A DNA stretch of 64,000 nt from Thermoanaerobaculia bacterium (GTDB lineage Bacteria; Acidobacteriota; Thermoanaerobaculia; Gp7-AA8). Below are positions 1 through 11,848 of the stretch, one piece after another (position 1 is the stretch's first letter; each line of letters starts with the position of its first letter). The translations under genes were made by a program, and so were the position numbers. The notes beneath the pieces were generated by a model. The model had not been told where the DNA came from, did not search any database, and worked only from the letters and a program-made list of their open reading frames with translations. The stretch covers positions 122,934-186,933 of the forward strand of contig DASWNW010000038.1 in assembly GCA_036399015.1 (NCBI GenBank), in the 5' to 3' direction.

Positions 1-2026
<2,026 letters not shown>

Positions 2027-2043
2027 GGGGAGTGACTGATGGT

Positions 2044-2200
2044 AGCACCGTGGGGGTTTTCTCGGGGTTCCTCGGGTTCCTCGGGGTTCCTCGGGGTTCC
2101 TCGGGTTCCTCGGGGTTCCTCGGGGTTCCTCGGGGTTCCTCGGCGAATGGTGCTGGTCTACCCGAGGAACTCCGAGGAACTCCGAGGAACCCGAGGAACC
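2044..2200. repeat. Family-A hairpin element. About 10 tandem GGGTTCCTCG units, an 18-nt loop, then about 4 tandem CCGAGGAAC units.
   Basis: The units are directly visible. The left arm is the reverse complement of the right arm. It lies between the HK start (2026) and the stop of the upstream NTase gene (2202). Confidence 0.8.
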
Positions 2201-2201
2201 G

Positions 2202-3164
2202 TCAGATCGCAACCCTTTCGCCGGAAACGATCAACTGATCCCGATACTCCCCTTCGGTCAGCGAAACCCCATGCGCGACGATGCAGCGCTCCAGCGTCAC
2301 GCCGGAGGCGATGTGGCAGTCGTCCCAGACGACGGAGTCGCGCACGTCTCCCTCGATCGTCGTGCGCGCGCCGATGACCGAGCGCGCCACGCTGCCGCGC
2401 GCGGTTTCGTGCAGCAGCGAATCGCCGTCGAGCCGCGAGCCGGGGACGGGCGCGAGCGCGCCGCGCAGCGTTTCGTCGAGCAGCGCGCGGGAGGCGGCGA
2501 CGTAGCGCTGCGGCGTCCCGATGTCGAACCAGAGGCCGTCGTCGACGACGCCCGCTAGCTTCTCGCGGCCCGAGTCGGTGAGCGGCATGTACGCGTGCTC
2601 GACGATCCCGGAGAACTCCTTCTCGGGAAGGTGGTCGAAGACGCGCGTGCTGATGACGTGCGACCCGGCGAACATCATCGCCTCGCCGGTGCCCTTGCCG
2701 AAGCCGGTGATCTGCCCCCGGTCGAAGTAGACGGGCGTGAACTTGTCGTTCGGCGGCGGGGTGCGCATCGTCAGCGCGGCGATAGCGTCCATGGCGCGTC
2801 GCGCTTCGCGCAGCGCGTCCCAGCGGGGGAACTGCACGGTGTCGCCGTTGACGAGGAAGAACTCCTCCTCGCCCGCGAGCTGCGGGCGCACGCGCCGGAT
2901 GCCGCCGCCGGTGCCGAGGATCTCCTCCTCGCGGGAGAAGAAGAACTCCGCCCTGCCGGCGTATTCGTCGGCGAGATAGCGCTCCAGCGGCTCGGGGAGG
3001 TGGTGCAGGTTGACGATCAGGTCGCGCACGCCCGCGGCGAGGAACGACTCCACCGCCCAGGCGATCAGCGGCCGGTTGAGCAGCGGCACCATCGGCTTCG
3101 GCAGCGTGTTCGTGACGGGGCGGAGGCGCGTGCCGAAGCCCGCGGCGAGGATCATCCCTTTCAT
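2202..3164 (-). CDS. Sugar-phosphate nucleotidyltransferase (NTP_transferase fold with a C-terminal left-handed beta-helix). It is similar to mannose-1-P guanylyltransferase or MurU.
   Basis: The N-terminal motif is MKGMILAAGFGTRLRPVTNTLPKPMV (G-x-G-T-R-L). The start overlaps the upstream CYTH stop in an ATGA junction. The longer 537-aa ORF is an artefactual N-terminal extension overlapping the CYTH gene. Confidence 0.75.
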   Translation of the reverse strand: MKGMILAAGFGTRLRPVTNTLPKPMVPLLNRPLIAWAVESFLAAGVRDLIVNLHHLPEPLERYLADEYAGRAEFFFSREEEILGTGGGIRRVRPQLAGEEEFFLVNGDTVQFPRWDALREARRAMDAIAALTMRTPPPNDKFTPVYFDRGQITGFGKGTGEAMMFAGSHVISTRVFDHLPEKEFSGIVEHAYMPLTDSGREKLAGVVDDGLWFDIGTPQRYVAASRALLDETLRGALAPVPGSRLDGDSLLHETARGSVARSVIGARTTIEGDVRDSVVWDDCHIASGVTLERCIVAHGVSLTEGEYRDQLIVSGERVAI

Positions 3165-3727
3165 GCGGAGGGGAGCTGCTCCGGCGGGAAGACCATGTGC
3201 TCCGGCAGGTCGGCGCGCGTACGGCGGTGCTGACGGTAGAGATCGGCGTACGACTGCCGGATGCCGCTGTCCATGTTCATCCCCAGTTCGTCCGCGACGG
3301 CGCGGATGACGTCGAGCGGCCCCTCGATCTCGAAGTAGTCGCCGATGGGCGTGCGGTCGAGGACGACTTCCACCTCGCGCACGCGCCAGACCTCGCGGAA
3401 CTTCTGGTAGCGGAAAACCGGCTTGAAGCCGAGGGAGTCGAAGAGCTGGATGGCGAGCTCGAAGCTCTCCACGCCGGTCTGCACTTCCTCGCGCGTCTTC
3501 ACGCCCCCCTCGAACGCCGTCGGCCCCTTGAACGTCGCCAGCGCGTAGCGTCCGAACTTCCGGACGCGCAGGAGCGCGCCGCGCGTGCGCAGCTCGCCCC
3601 GCCGGTCGAGCACGATGTTGTCCTCGAACGTCTCCGCGTACAGCTTCTGCGCCCCGATGTCGTGCAGCCGGCGTACGAGGCCGGGCCGGTCCTTCAGGGC
3701 GAACTTGATCTCGATTTCCTGGGCCAT
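3161..3727 (-). CDS. CYTH-domain protein (CyaB/ThTPase-like triphosphate tunnel metalloenzyme).
   Basis: 188 aa, starting MAQEIEIKFAL with E-x-E-x-K. The size and motif pattern are typical of CYTH. Its stop is coupled 4 bp to the NTase gene. Confidence 0.7.
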   Translation of the reverse strand: MAQEIEIKFALKDRPGLVRRLHDIGAQKLYAETFEDNIVLDRRGELRTRGALLRVRKFGRYALATFKGPTAFEGGVKTREEVQTGVESFELAIQLFDSLGFKPVFRYQKFREVWRVREVEVVLDRTPIGDYFEIEGPLDVIRAVADELGMNMDSGIRQSYADLYRQHRRTRADLPEHMVFPPEQLPSA

Positions 3728-3815
3728 GTAAATTGTGGTCGGTTGTCGGTTGTCGGTTGTCCGCGGTGTCTCGCCTGGTCAAAGCTCCCCAGACAACTGA
3801 CAACTGACAACGCAA

Positions 3816-4997
3816 CTACGTCCTCAGTACCTCCACCCCCGGCAAACTCGCTCCCGAGATGAACTCGAGCGACGCGCCGCCTCCGGTGCTGATGTGCGTG
3901 ATCCGCTCCGCGAAGCCCGAGGCCTTGATCGCCTCGACCGACTCGCCGCCGCCGACGACGGTGATGGCATCGGCCTGCGCGACTGCCTGGGCCATGGCCA
4001 TCGTGCCTTTGGCGAAGACCTCCTTCTCGAAGACGCCCATGGGGCCGTTCCAGAAGATCAGCTTCGCGTCCTTCAGTTGCTGCTCGTAGGTCTTGATGGT
4101 GCGCGGCCCGATATCGAACGCCTTCTCTTCATCGGTGTAGCCGTCGCTCACCTGGGCGTCGTAGTCGATCTCCTGCGGGTCGTCGAGCGAGTCGGCCACG
4201 ACGAGGTCCTCCGGCAGGATCACCTCGGCGCGGAAGTCGCCTTCCATGATCCGCTGCGCGACGTCGAGCGAGTCCTTGTCGACGAGCGACCCGCCCATCG
4301 GCACGCCGCGCGCCGCGAGGAACGTGTTGGCCATGCCGCCGCCGATCAGCACCTTGTCGGCCAGCTTCACCAGCGCCTCCAGCGGCTCGATCTTCCCCGC
4401 GATCTTCGCGCCGCCCATGAGCGCGACGAACGGCCGCTCGCTGATGTTCGTCACCTTCTGCAGGAACTCCAGCTCCTTGGCGAGCAGCAGGCCGCCGGCG
4501 GTGTGGTCGGTCGCGAAGAGCCGCGGCAGCGCGTCGATGGAAGCGTGCGCGCGGTGGCAGGCGCCGAAGGCGTCGTTGACGTAGTAGTCGGCCAGCTTGC
4601 GCAGCTCCTGCGCGAAGGCGGCGTCGTTCTTCTCCTCGCCGGCGTGGAAGCGGAGGTTCTCGACGAGGAGCAGCTCCCCCGCCTGCAGCTTCGACGTGTC
4701 GGCGCCGACGCAGTCGTCCGCCCACTGCACGTCGGCGCCGATCAGCTCCGCGAGCTTCTCCCGCACCGGCTTGAGCGAATACTTCTCCTTCCGCTCCCCC
4801 TTCGGCCGGCCGAGGTGGGAGGCGAGGATCACGGCGGCACCGCGCTCGCGGAGGATGCGCAGCGTCGGCAGCGTCTCCTCGATGCGCGTGGCGTCGCTGA
4901 TGGACGTGCCTTCCAGCGGCACGTTGTAGTCGACGCGATAGAACACGCGCGCGCCTCGCGGAAAGTCGAGCTGATCGAGCGTACGAATCCTGATCAT
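3816..4997 (-). CDS. pgk: Phosphoglycerate kinase.
   Basis: The protein starts MIRIRTLDQLDF and contains the GGGMANTFL and GGGASLEF motifs typical of PGK. The ATG overlaps the gap stop (ATGA). Confidence 0.9.
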   Translation of the reverse strand: MIRIRTLDQLDFPRGARVFYRVDYNVPLEGTSISDATRIEETLPTLRILRERGAAVILASHLGRPKGERKEKYSLKPVREKLAELIGADVQWADDCVGADTSKLQAGELLLVENLRFHAGEEKNDAAFAQELRKLADYYVNDAFGACHRAHASIDALPRLFATDHTAGGLLLAKELEFLQKVTNISERPFVALMGGAKIAGKIEPLEALVKLADKVLIGGGMANTFLAARGVPMGGSLVDKDSLDVAQRIMEGDFRAEVILPEDLVVADSLDDPQEIDYDAQVSDGYTDEEKAFDIGPRTIKTYEQQLKDAKLIFWNGPMGVFEKEVFAKGTMAMAQAVAQADAITVVGGGESVEAIKASGFAERITHISTGGGASLEFISGASLPGVEVLRT

Positions 4998-6019
4998 GCG
5001 TGCTGCAGCGACCCCTTCCTGACGTTCGCTACGTGGGCGATGAGGTCGAGGATCCGGTTCGAGTAGCCCCACTCGTTGTCGTACCACGCCAGCACCTTGT
5101 GCATCTGCGGCGTGACCGAGCGGGTGAAGGTGGTGTCGACGATCGAGGAGTTCGCGTTGTGGTTGAAGTCGATCGAGACGAGCTGCTCGTCCGAGTAGGC
5201 GAGGATGCCTTTCAGCTCGCCGTCGGCCGCCTCGCGCAGGACGCTGTTGATCTCGTCCACGTTCGTCGCCTTCTCGGTGTAGAAGGTGAGGTCGACGAGG
5301 GAGACGTTCGGTGTCGGCACGCGCACCGAGATGCCGTCGAACTTCCCCTTCAGCTCCGGCAGCACGAGCCCGACCGCCTGCGCGGCGCCGGTGCTGGTCG
5401 GGATCATCGACAGCGCCGCCGCACGCCCGCGGCGCAGGTCCTTGTGCGGCAGGTCGAGGATCTCCTGGTCGTTCGTGTACGAGTGGATCGTGGTCATGAT
5501 CCCCATCGTGATCCCGAAGCGCTGGTGCAGCACCTTGGCCACCGGCGCGAGGCAGTTCGTGGTGCACGAGGCGTTGGAGATGATCCGGTGCTTCGCCGGA
5601 TCGTACGAGTCCTCGTTGACGCCCATGCAGAACGTCGCGTCGGCGTCCTTGGAGGGGGCGGAGATGATCACCGTCTCGACGCTCTTCTTGAGGTGGCGCG
5701 AGGCCTTGTCCTTGGTCGTGAAGCGGCCGGACGATTCGACGACGATCTCGGCGCCGAGCTCGTCCCAGGGGATCTCGGCCGGGTCGGGGCTGGAGAAGAC
5801 GCGCAGCTCGTCGCCGTCGATGGAAATGCCGTTGTCGGTCGCCTTGACGTCGTTGGAGATGGTCTTGTGGACGGAGTCGTACTTCAGCAGGTACGCGAGC
5901 GTGGGGGGACCGGTCAGGTCGTTCACCGCCACGAAGTCGATGTCGAGTTTCTTCTCGAGCGCGGCCCGCAGAACGTTGCGGCCGATGCGCCCGAAACCAT
6001 TGATGCCAACCTTCACCAT
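4994..6019 (-). CDS. gap: Glyceraldehyde-3-phosphate dehydrogenase.
   Basis: MVKVGINGFGRIGR and the ASCTTNCLAP active-site motif are present. An RBS (caggagac) lies upstream of ATG 6019. The annotated 375-aa ORF has a spurious N-terminal extension. Confidence 0.9.
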   Translation of the reverse strand: MVKVGINGFGRIGRNVLRAALEKKLDIDFVAVNDLTGPPTLAYLLKYDSVHKTISNDVKATDNGISIDGDELRVFSSPDPAEIPWDELGAEIVVESSGRFTTKDKASRHLKKSVETVIISAPSKDADATFCMGVNEDSYDPAKHRIISNASCTTNCLAPVAKVLHQRFGITMGIMTTIHSYTNDQEILDLPHKDLRRGRAAALSMIPTSTGAAQAVGLVLPELKGKFDGISVRVPTPNVSLVDLTFYTEKATNVDEINSVLREAADGELKGILAYSDEQLVSIDFNHNANSSIVDTTFTRSVTPQMHKVLAWYDNEWGYSNRILDLIAHVANVRKGSLQHA

Positions 6020-6058
6020 TGAACAAGTCTCCTGTACAGGCCGCGCTAGTATATCGGC

Positions 6059-7057
<999 letters not shown>

Positions 7058-7092
7058 TCGCCGCGCTCTGGTTCGGCAGCGCCGTCTTCCTC

Positions 7093-7536
7093 ATGCTCGC
7101 CGCCTCGGCGGCGTTTCGCGCCGCGGGTAACCCGACCGTGGCCGCCGACGTGGTCGGCTCGATGCTCACCCGCTGGCACTACATCGCCCTCGCCGCGCCG
7201 CTCGCGCTCTTCGCGATGGAGCTGCGCCGCGTCCGCCGCGCGCTGCTGATCCTGCTCTTCGCCTCGGTGGTGCTGGCGGCGGCGCAGTCGTTCGTCGACC
7301 TCCGCATCCGCGCGATCCGCAACACCTCGCCGGTGCCGGTCTCGGAGCTCGGCCGCGAAGACCCGGTGCGCCGCCGCTTCGGGATGCTGCACGGGTTATC
7401 GATGATGCTGCTCGCCCTGCAGGCCGTCGCCGCGGGCGTGGTCGTCGCGGCGCCGCACCATCGCCCCGCCGAGAGCAGCGAGCGCGGCGAGGAGCGCGGC
7501 GGTGAGGACGTTCACCCGGAACGCGCTGACGAATGA
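7093..7536 (+). CDS. Small hypothetical integral membrane protein (DUF4149-like, about 4 TM).
   Basis: The hydrophobic helices are in frame immediately after mtnA. The start codon is uncertain. Its 3' end overlaps the convergent MFS gene by about 140 bp, so it may be shorter or spurious. Confidence 0.35.
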   Translation: MLAASAAFRAAGNPTVAADVVGSMLTRWHYIALAAPLALFAMELRRVRRALLILLFASVVLAAAQSFVDLRIRAIRNTSPVPVSELGREDPVRRRFGMLHGLSMMLLALQAVAAGVVVAAPHHRPAESSERGEERGGEDVHPERADE

Positions 7537-8958
7537 CTGCTTCACCGCCCGCTCCACGCGTGTCTTCGTCGCCGCGTCGACGCCCGCGGGCGGACGCGCG
7601 TCGGCGAGCCTGATCGCCTGCGCCTGCATCGCCTGACGCACCGCCGGCGGCGCGGCGCGCAGGTTCCGCTCGAGCTCGCGCCCGAACACGAAAACGGCCA
7701 TCGCGCCGAAGACAGCGATCGACAGCAGCCCCGCCGCACGCGCCACCGCGTTGTTGATCCCCGAGGCGGCGCCGGAGTAGCGCTCGTCTTCGATCGAGGT
7801 CATGACGGTCGCGGTCAGCGGAGCGACGGTCACCGACATACCGATGCCGAGGACCAGCACGCCGGGGAAGAAGGTCGTCCAGTACGTCCCGCCGATCGAC
7901 GGCAGCGCCAGCAGCGCGAATCCGGCCGCGGCGATGAGCGGCCCGGCGATCAGCGGCAGCCGCGCGCCGATTCGATCCGCGAGCGCGCCGGTCCAGCGCG
8001 AGAGCAGCGACATCGTTGCCACGAACGGCAGGAACGCCGCGCCCGCGGCGGCGGGCGAGTAGTCCTGCACCTGGATGAGGTTGAACGGCAGCAGGAACGT
8101 CGCCGCGGAGAGCGCCGCGTAGAGGAGCAGTGTGAGCACGTTCGCCGCGGTGAAGGAGCGCGAGCGGAAGAGCGACAGCGGGACGATCGGATTCGCGGCG
8201 CGGCGCTGCACGAAGACGAACGCGATCAGCGCCGCCACTCCCGCGATCCCCACCACCGGCATGTGCTCGATGACCGCGTACGTCACCGCGCCGAGACCGA
8301 GGGTGATCAGCAGCGTGCCGAGCCAGTCGATGGAGCCGGCGTTCTCCCGCTTCGAAGCCGGCACGTGCCGCCACACCGCCCACAGCACCACCGCGGCGAT
8401 CGGCACGTTGATGTAGAAGACCGCGCGCCACGACCACGACTGCACCAGGAATCCGCCCAGGAGCGGCCCGGCGATGATGGCGAGCGACGTGAGCGCCGAC
8501 CATGTGCCGATGGCGCGGCCGCGCTCCTCGCGCGGGAAGGTCTCGTTGATGATGGCGAGGCTCCCGGGGACGAGCAGCGCCGCGCCGACGCCCTGCAGCG
8601 CTCGCGCGGCGATCAGCGAGAGCGGACCGGGGGCCGCGCCGCACGCGACCGAGGCGACGGCGAACGTGAGCACGCCGAAGGCGAAGACGCGCACGCGTCC
8701 CAGCCGGTCGCCGAGCGAGCCGCCGGCGAGGATGAGCGCGGAGAGGACCAGCAGGTACGAGTCGACGATCCACTGCGCGTCGTCGACGCCGGCGCGCAGC
8801 TCCGTCTGCATCACCGGCAGCGCGACGTTGATCACCGTCGTGTCGATGAACGCCATGGCCGATCCGAGGATCGTTGCCGCCAGCGTCCACCGTTGACGGG
8901 GCGTCGCCGGGTTCCTCGGCGTTCCTCGGAGTTCCTCGGCGACCGCGGTATCGGACAT
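7396..8958 (-). CDS. MFS transporter, DHA2/EmrB-like (14-TM drug:H+ antiporter family).
   Basis: The profile shows 14 TM helices. An MFS motif, LGDRLGRVRVF, is present. The start could instead be 9003. Either way, the first 15-30 codons are the translation of a family-A hairpin repeat. Confidence 0.75.
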   Translation of the reverse strand: MSDTAVAEELRGTPRNPATPRQRWTLAATILGSAMAFIDTTVINVALPVMQTELRAGVDDAQWIVDSYLLVLSALILAGGSLGDRLGRVRVFAFGVLTFAVASVACGAAPGPLSLIAARALQGVGAALLVPGSLAIINETFPREERGRAIGTWSALTSLAIIAGPLLGGFLVQSWSWRAVFYINVPIAAVVLWAVWRHVPASKRENAGSIDWLGTLLITLGLGAVTYAVIEHMPVVGIAGVAALIAFVFVQRRAANPIVPLSLFRSRSFTAANVLTLLLYAALSAATFLLPFNLIQVQDYSPAAAGAAFLPFVATMSLLSRWTGALADRIGARLPLIAGPLIAAAGFALLALPSIGGTYWTTFFPGVLVLGIGMSVTVAPLTATVMTSIEDERYSGAASGINNAVARAAGLLSIAVFGAMAVFVFGRELERNLRAAPPAVRQAMQAQAIRLADARPPAGVDAATKTRVERAVKQSFVSAFRVNVLTAALLAALAALGGAMVRRRDDHARGDGLQGEQHHR

Positions 8959-8996
8959 TCCCGAGGAACCCGAGGAACCCGAGGAACTCCGAGGAA
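8899..8996. repeat. Family-A hairpin element. It has 3 GTTCCTCGG units, a loop, then 4 CCGAGGAAC units.
   Basis: It uses the same unit as 2044-2200 and 32301-32406. It lies at the 5' end of the MFS gene and 10 bp from the stop of the M16 peptidase. Confidence 0.8.
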
Positions 8997-9006
8997 CCTT
9001 CATCGA

Positions 9007-10386
9007 TCAACTCACGGCGAGCATGTTTCCGTCGATGTCCAGCTCGTGCACCGGGAAGCCGAGCGATCCGAGCGGCTCGCGGATCTGCGACGCGTTGCCG
9101 ACGATCACCACCAGCACGCGGTCGGGGTCGAGGTACTTCTCGGCGACGCGGGTGATCTCGTCCTTCGACACCGCGGCGATGTTCTCGCGGTAGCGGTCGA
9201 AGTAGTCCTCCGGCAGGCCGTAGAGCTCCATGTCCACGAGGCGCCCCGCTAGGTCGGCCGCGGTCTGCACCGTGGCCGGGAACACGCCCATGAGGTAGCT
9301 CTTCACGTCGTCCAGCTCGCGGTCCTCGATGTCGCCGGTGCGGATGCGCCGCAGTTCGGACAGCATCTCGTTGACCGACTCGCGCGTCACCTCGTTGCGC
9401 ACCGGAGCGGCGATGACGAACGGGCCGGCCTGGCGGCGGAAGGCGAACTGCGACCGGGCGCCGTAGGTGTAGCCGTGGCGCTCGCGGAGATTGAGGTTGA
9501 TGCGCGAGTTGAAGACGCCGCCGAAGACGGCGTTCATGACCGCGAGCGGGAAGTAGTCCTCGCAGGAGCGCGGCACGCCGAGGTGGCCGACGCGGATTTC
9601 CGACTGCACGGCCTGCGGACGGTCGACGACGTAGATGCGCGACGCGTCGATCGGACGGGGCGCGACGGTCGGGCGCGGCGGCTCGGGGCCGGTCTGCCAG
9701 TCGGCGAGCGCGCGCGTCACCAGCTCGACCGCCGCCGCGGCGTCGATGTCGCCGGAGACAACCACCGAGCTGTGGTTCGGGATGTAGTGCTGGCGGTAGA
9801 ACGTCCGCACGTCGTCCGCCGTGATGCGGGCGACGCTCTCGGCGTTTCCGCCGACGGAGTTGCCGTACGCGCCGTTGCCGTAGAGCAGGCTGGCGAAACG
9901 CTTGCCGGCGATGGCGCCGGGATCGTTGCGCTGCTGGAGGATGTCGTTCAGCCGCTCGGCGCGGACCCGTTCCAGCCCGTCCTCCGGCAGCGTGGCGCGC
10001 GCGGTGACGTCGCCGAAGATCGACATGGCCGGCTCGCTGTTGCGACTGAGGACGTCGAAGGAGATGTAGGTCGCGTCCCAGTCCGCCCCCGTCCCCAGCG
10101 CGCCGCCCAGCAGCCCGACGTCCTCGGCGATCCGGATCGCGTCGCGCGAACCGGCGCCCTCGTCGAGCAGGTCGGCGACGAGCGACGCCAGCCCGGCGCT
10201 CTGCGCGGTGTCGTGGTCGGCGCCGGAGCGGATCAGCGCGCGCAGCGACACCAGCGGCGCGTTCCGGTTCTCCGTGACGAGCACGCGCAGCCCGTTGGGC
10301 AGCGTGGCGCGGGTGATGTGGGGAAAGTGATAGGGGCGCGGGGCGCTCGGCTGAGGGGCGGCGCTACGGTCGATTGTCGTGGTCAT
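9007..10386 (-). CDS. M16-family (pitrilysin/insulinase) peptidase subunit lacking the HxxEH zinc motif. It is a likely non-catalytic partner.
   Basis: 459 aa with the M16 fold pattern. No HxxEH motif was found by eye. It sits in tandem with an HxxEH-containing M16 gene. Confidence 0.8.
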   Translation of the reverse strand: MTTTIDRSAAPQPSAPRPYHFPHITRATLPNGLRVLVTENRNAPLVSLRALIRSGADHDTAQSAGLASLVADLLDEGAGSRDAIRIAEDVGLLGGALGTGADWDATYISFDVLSRNSEPAMSIFGDVTARATLPEDGLERVRAERLNDILQQRNDPGAIAGKRFASLLYGNGAYGNSVGGNAESVARITADDVRTFYRQHYIPNHSSVVVSGDIDAAAAVELVTRALADWQTGPEPPRPTVAPRPIDASRIYVVDRPQAVQSEIRVGHLGVPRSCEDYFPLAVMNAVFGGVFNSRINLNLRERHGYTYGARSQFAFRRQAGPFVIAAPVRNEVTRESVNEMLSELRRIRTGDIEDRELDDVKSYLMGVFPATVQTAADLAGRLVDMELYGLPEDYFDRYRENIAAVSKDEITRVAEKYLDPDRVLVVIVGNASQIREPLGSLGFPVHELDIDGNMLAVS

Positions 10387-10398
10387 TGCGCTCTCAAA

Positions 10399-10455
10399 CG
10401 AATGAAGAAGGGCGTCGCTCCCGATTCGAAATTCTTCATTCGAAATTCTTCATTC
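10399..10455. repeat. Family-B hairpin element. The arms are CGAATGAAGAA and TTCGAAATTCTTCATTCGAAATTCTTCATTC.
   Basis: A perfect inverted repeat is visible between the two M16 genes. It overlaps the last 2 bp of ORF 10454-11707. Confidence 0.75.
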
Positions 10456-11707
10456 AAGCTTCCGGTACGAACAGGCTCGTTACCCGGTTCTCCGGGATGA
10501 GGTACTTCCGCGCCACGTGGGCGAGGTCGTCGGCGGTGGCGTTGCGGTAGGGGTCGAGCCAGCGCTGCACGAGCGACGGGTCGTTGAAGTAGGTCGCCAT
10601 CATCCCGATCAGGTCCGCGCGTGCGTCGAAGGTCTCGAGCTGGTGCGCGTACTCCATCTCGGCGCGGTTCTTGGCGCGCGTCAGCTCGTCGTCGGTGATG
10701 CCTCCGACGCTGATGCGGGCGACCTCCTCGTCGATCGCCGACTCGAGCCTCTCGATGGCCACCCCTTCGCGCGCCGTCGCCTGCAGCAGCAGCAGCCCCG
10801 TCGCCTCGGTCGGCAGGACGTAGGTGGCGACGTCCTGCGCGATCTGCTGCTCGTGCACCAGCGCGCGGTCGAGGCGGCTGGCCTTGTCGGAGGCGAGGAC
10901 CGTCGTCAGCAGGTCGGCGTGCACCCAGTCCGTCTCCCCCATCTTCGGGAGGTGATAGAGACGGTAGATGCGGGGGAGCTGCACCGGCGACGCGAACGTC
11001 TCCCGCACCTCGTGACCGGCCGGCTTGCGCTGCAGGTCGAAGCCGGGGAACAAGCGGCCCGGCTCGAATTCGGAGAAGTAGTGGTCGACGAGCCGGCGCG
11101 CCTCGTCGGCCGCGAAGTCGCCGACGATGGTGAGCGTGCAGTTGTCGGGGCGGTACCAGGTGGCGAAGAACTCGCGGATGTCGTCGAGCGACGCCGCCTC
11201 GAGGTCCTCCATCGACCCGATGGTCGCCCAGTGGTACGAGTACTCGGGATTGAACGCGAGCCGGAGCAGGCGCTCGAACGCGGTGCCGTACGGCACGTTG
11301 TCGTAGCGCTGGCGCCGCTCCTCCTTGACCACCTCGCGCTGGATGTCGAGCTTCTCCTGCGTCAGGGCGGGAAGGAAGAAGCCCATCCGGTCGGACTCGA
11401 GCCAGAGGCCGAGGGCGAGGTAGTTGGAGGGGAGCGTCTCGAAGTAGTTCGTGCGGTCGAAGAAGGTGGTGCCGTTGAGGACCCCGCCCACCGACTGCAC
11501 GTAGCGGAAGTGCTCGTTGTTGCCGACGTGCTGCGAGCCGGAGAAGAGCATGTGCTCGAACAGGTGCGCGAAGCCCGTGCGCCCCGGCCGCTCGTTCTTC
11601 GACCCGACGTGGTACCAGAGGTTGATCGCCACGAGCGGCGCCGAGTGGTCCTCGTTGAGGACGACCCGCAGACCATTGTCGAGGCGGTATTCGGTGAGGT
11701 TGAGCAT
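10454..11707 (-). CDS. M16-family zinc peptidase, catalytic subunit (HLFEHMLF = HxxEH).
   Basis: 417 aa. The inverted zinc-binding motif HxxEH is present near the N-terminus. Confidence 0.85.
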   Translation of the reverse strand: MLNLTEYRLDNGLRVVLNEDHSAPLVAINLWYHVGSKNERPGRTGFAHLFEHMLFSGSQHVGNNEHFRYVQSVGGVLNGTTFFDRTNYFETLPSNYLALGLWLESDRMGFFLPALTQEKLDIQREVVKEERRQRYDNVPYGTAFERLLRLAFNPEYSYHWATIGSMEDLEAASLDDIREFFATWYRPDNCTLTIVGDFAADEARRLVDHYFSEFEPGRLFPGFDLQRKPAGHEVRETFASPVQLPRIYRLYHLPKMGETDWVHADLLTTVLASDKASRLDRALVHEQQIAQDVATYVLPTEATGLLLLQATAREGVAIERLESAIDEEVARISVGGITDDELTRAKNRAEMEYAHQLETFDARADLIGMMATYFNDPSLVQRWLDPYRNATADDLAHVARKYLIPENRVTSLFVPEA

Positions 11708-11734
11708 CGGAGGGGGAGTTCTATCACGACCACA

Positions 11735-11819
11735 CGAATGAAGAATTTCGAATTTCGAATGAAGAATGGGCCCCCGCCGAACGCAACTTCTTCATTCTTC
11801 ATTCGAAATTCTTCATTCG
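11735..11819. repeat. Family-B hairpin element. The arms are CGAATGAAGAATTTCGAATTTCGAATGAAGAA and its reverse complement.
   Basis: It has 32-bp arms and a 21-nt GC-rich loop. It lies in the divergent region between the M16 peptidase start (11707) and the kinase start (11849). Confidence 0.8.
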
Positions 11820-11848
11820 CACGCCTTCTGCCTTTATCCTTTCGCCCC

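Noticed and set aside
2044-2200. Possible CRISPR array (short tandem repeats).
   Set aside because: The units are contiguous with no spacers, and the two halves are reverse complements of one another. It is a hairpin, not a repeat-spacer array. No cas genes are present.
7166-9010. 614-aa minus-strand ORF overlapping the MFS gene in another frame.
   Set aside because: It is an extremely Arg/Gly-rich GC-frame artefact. The MFS frame shows the TM helices.
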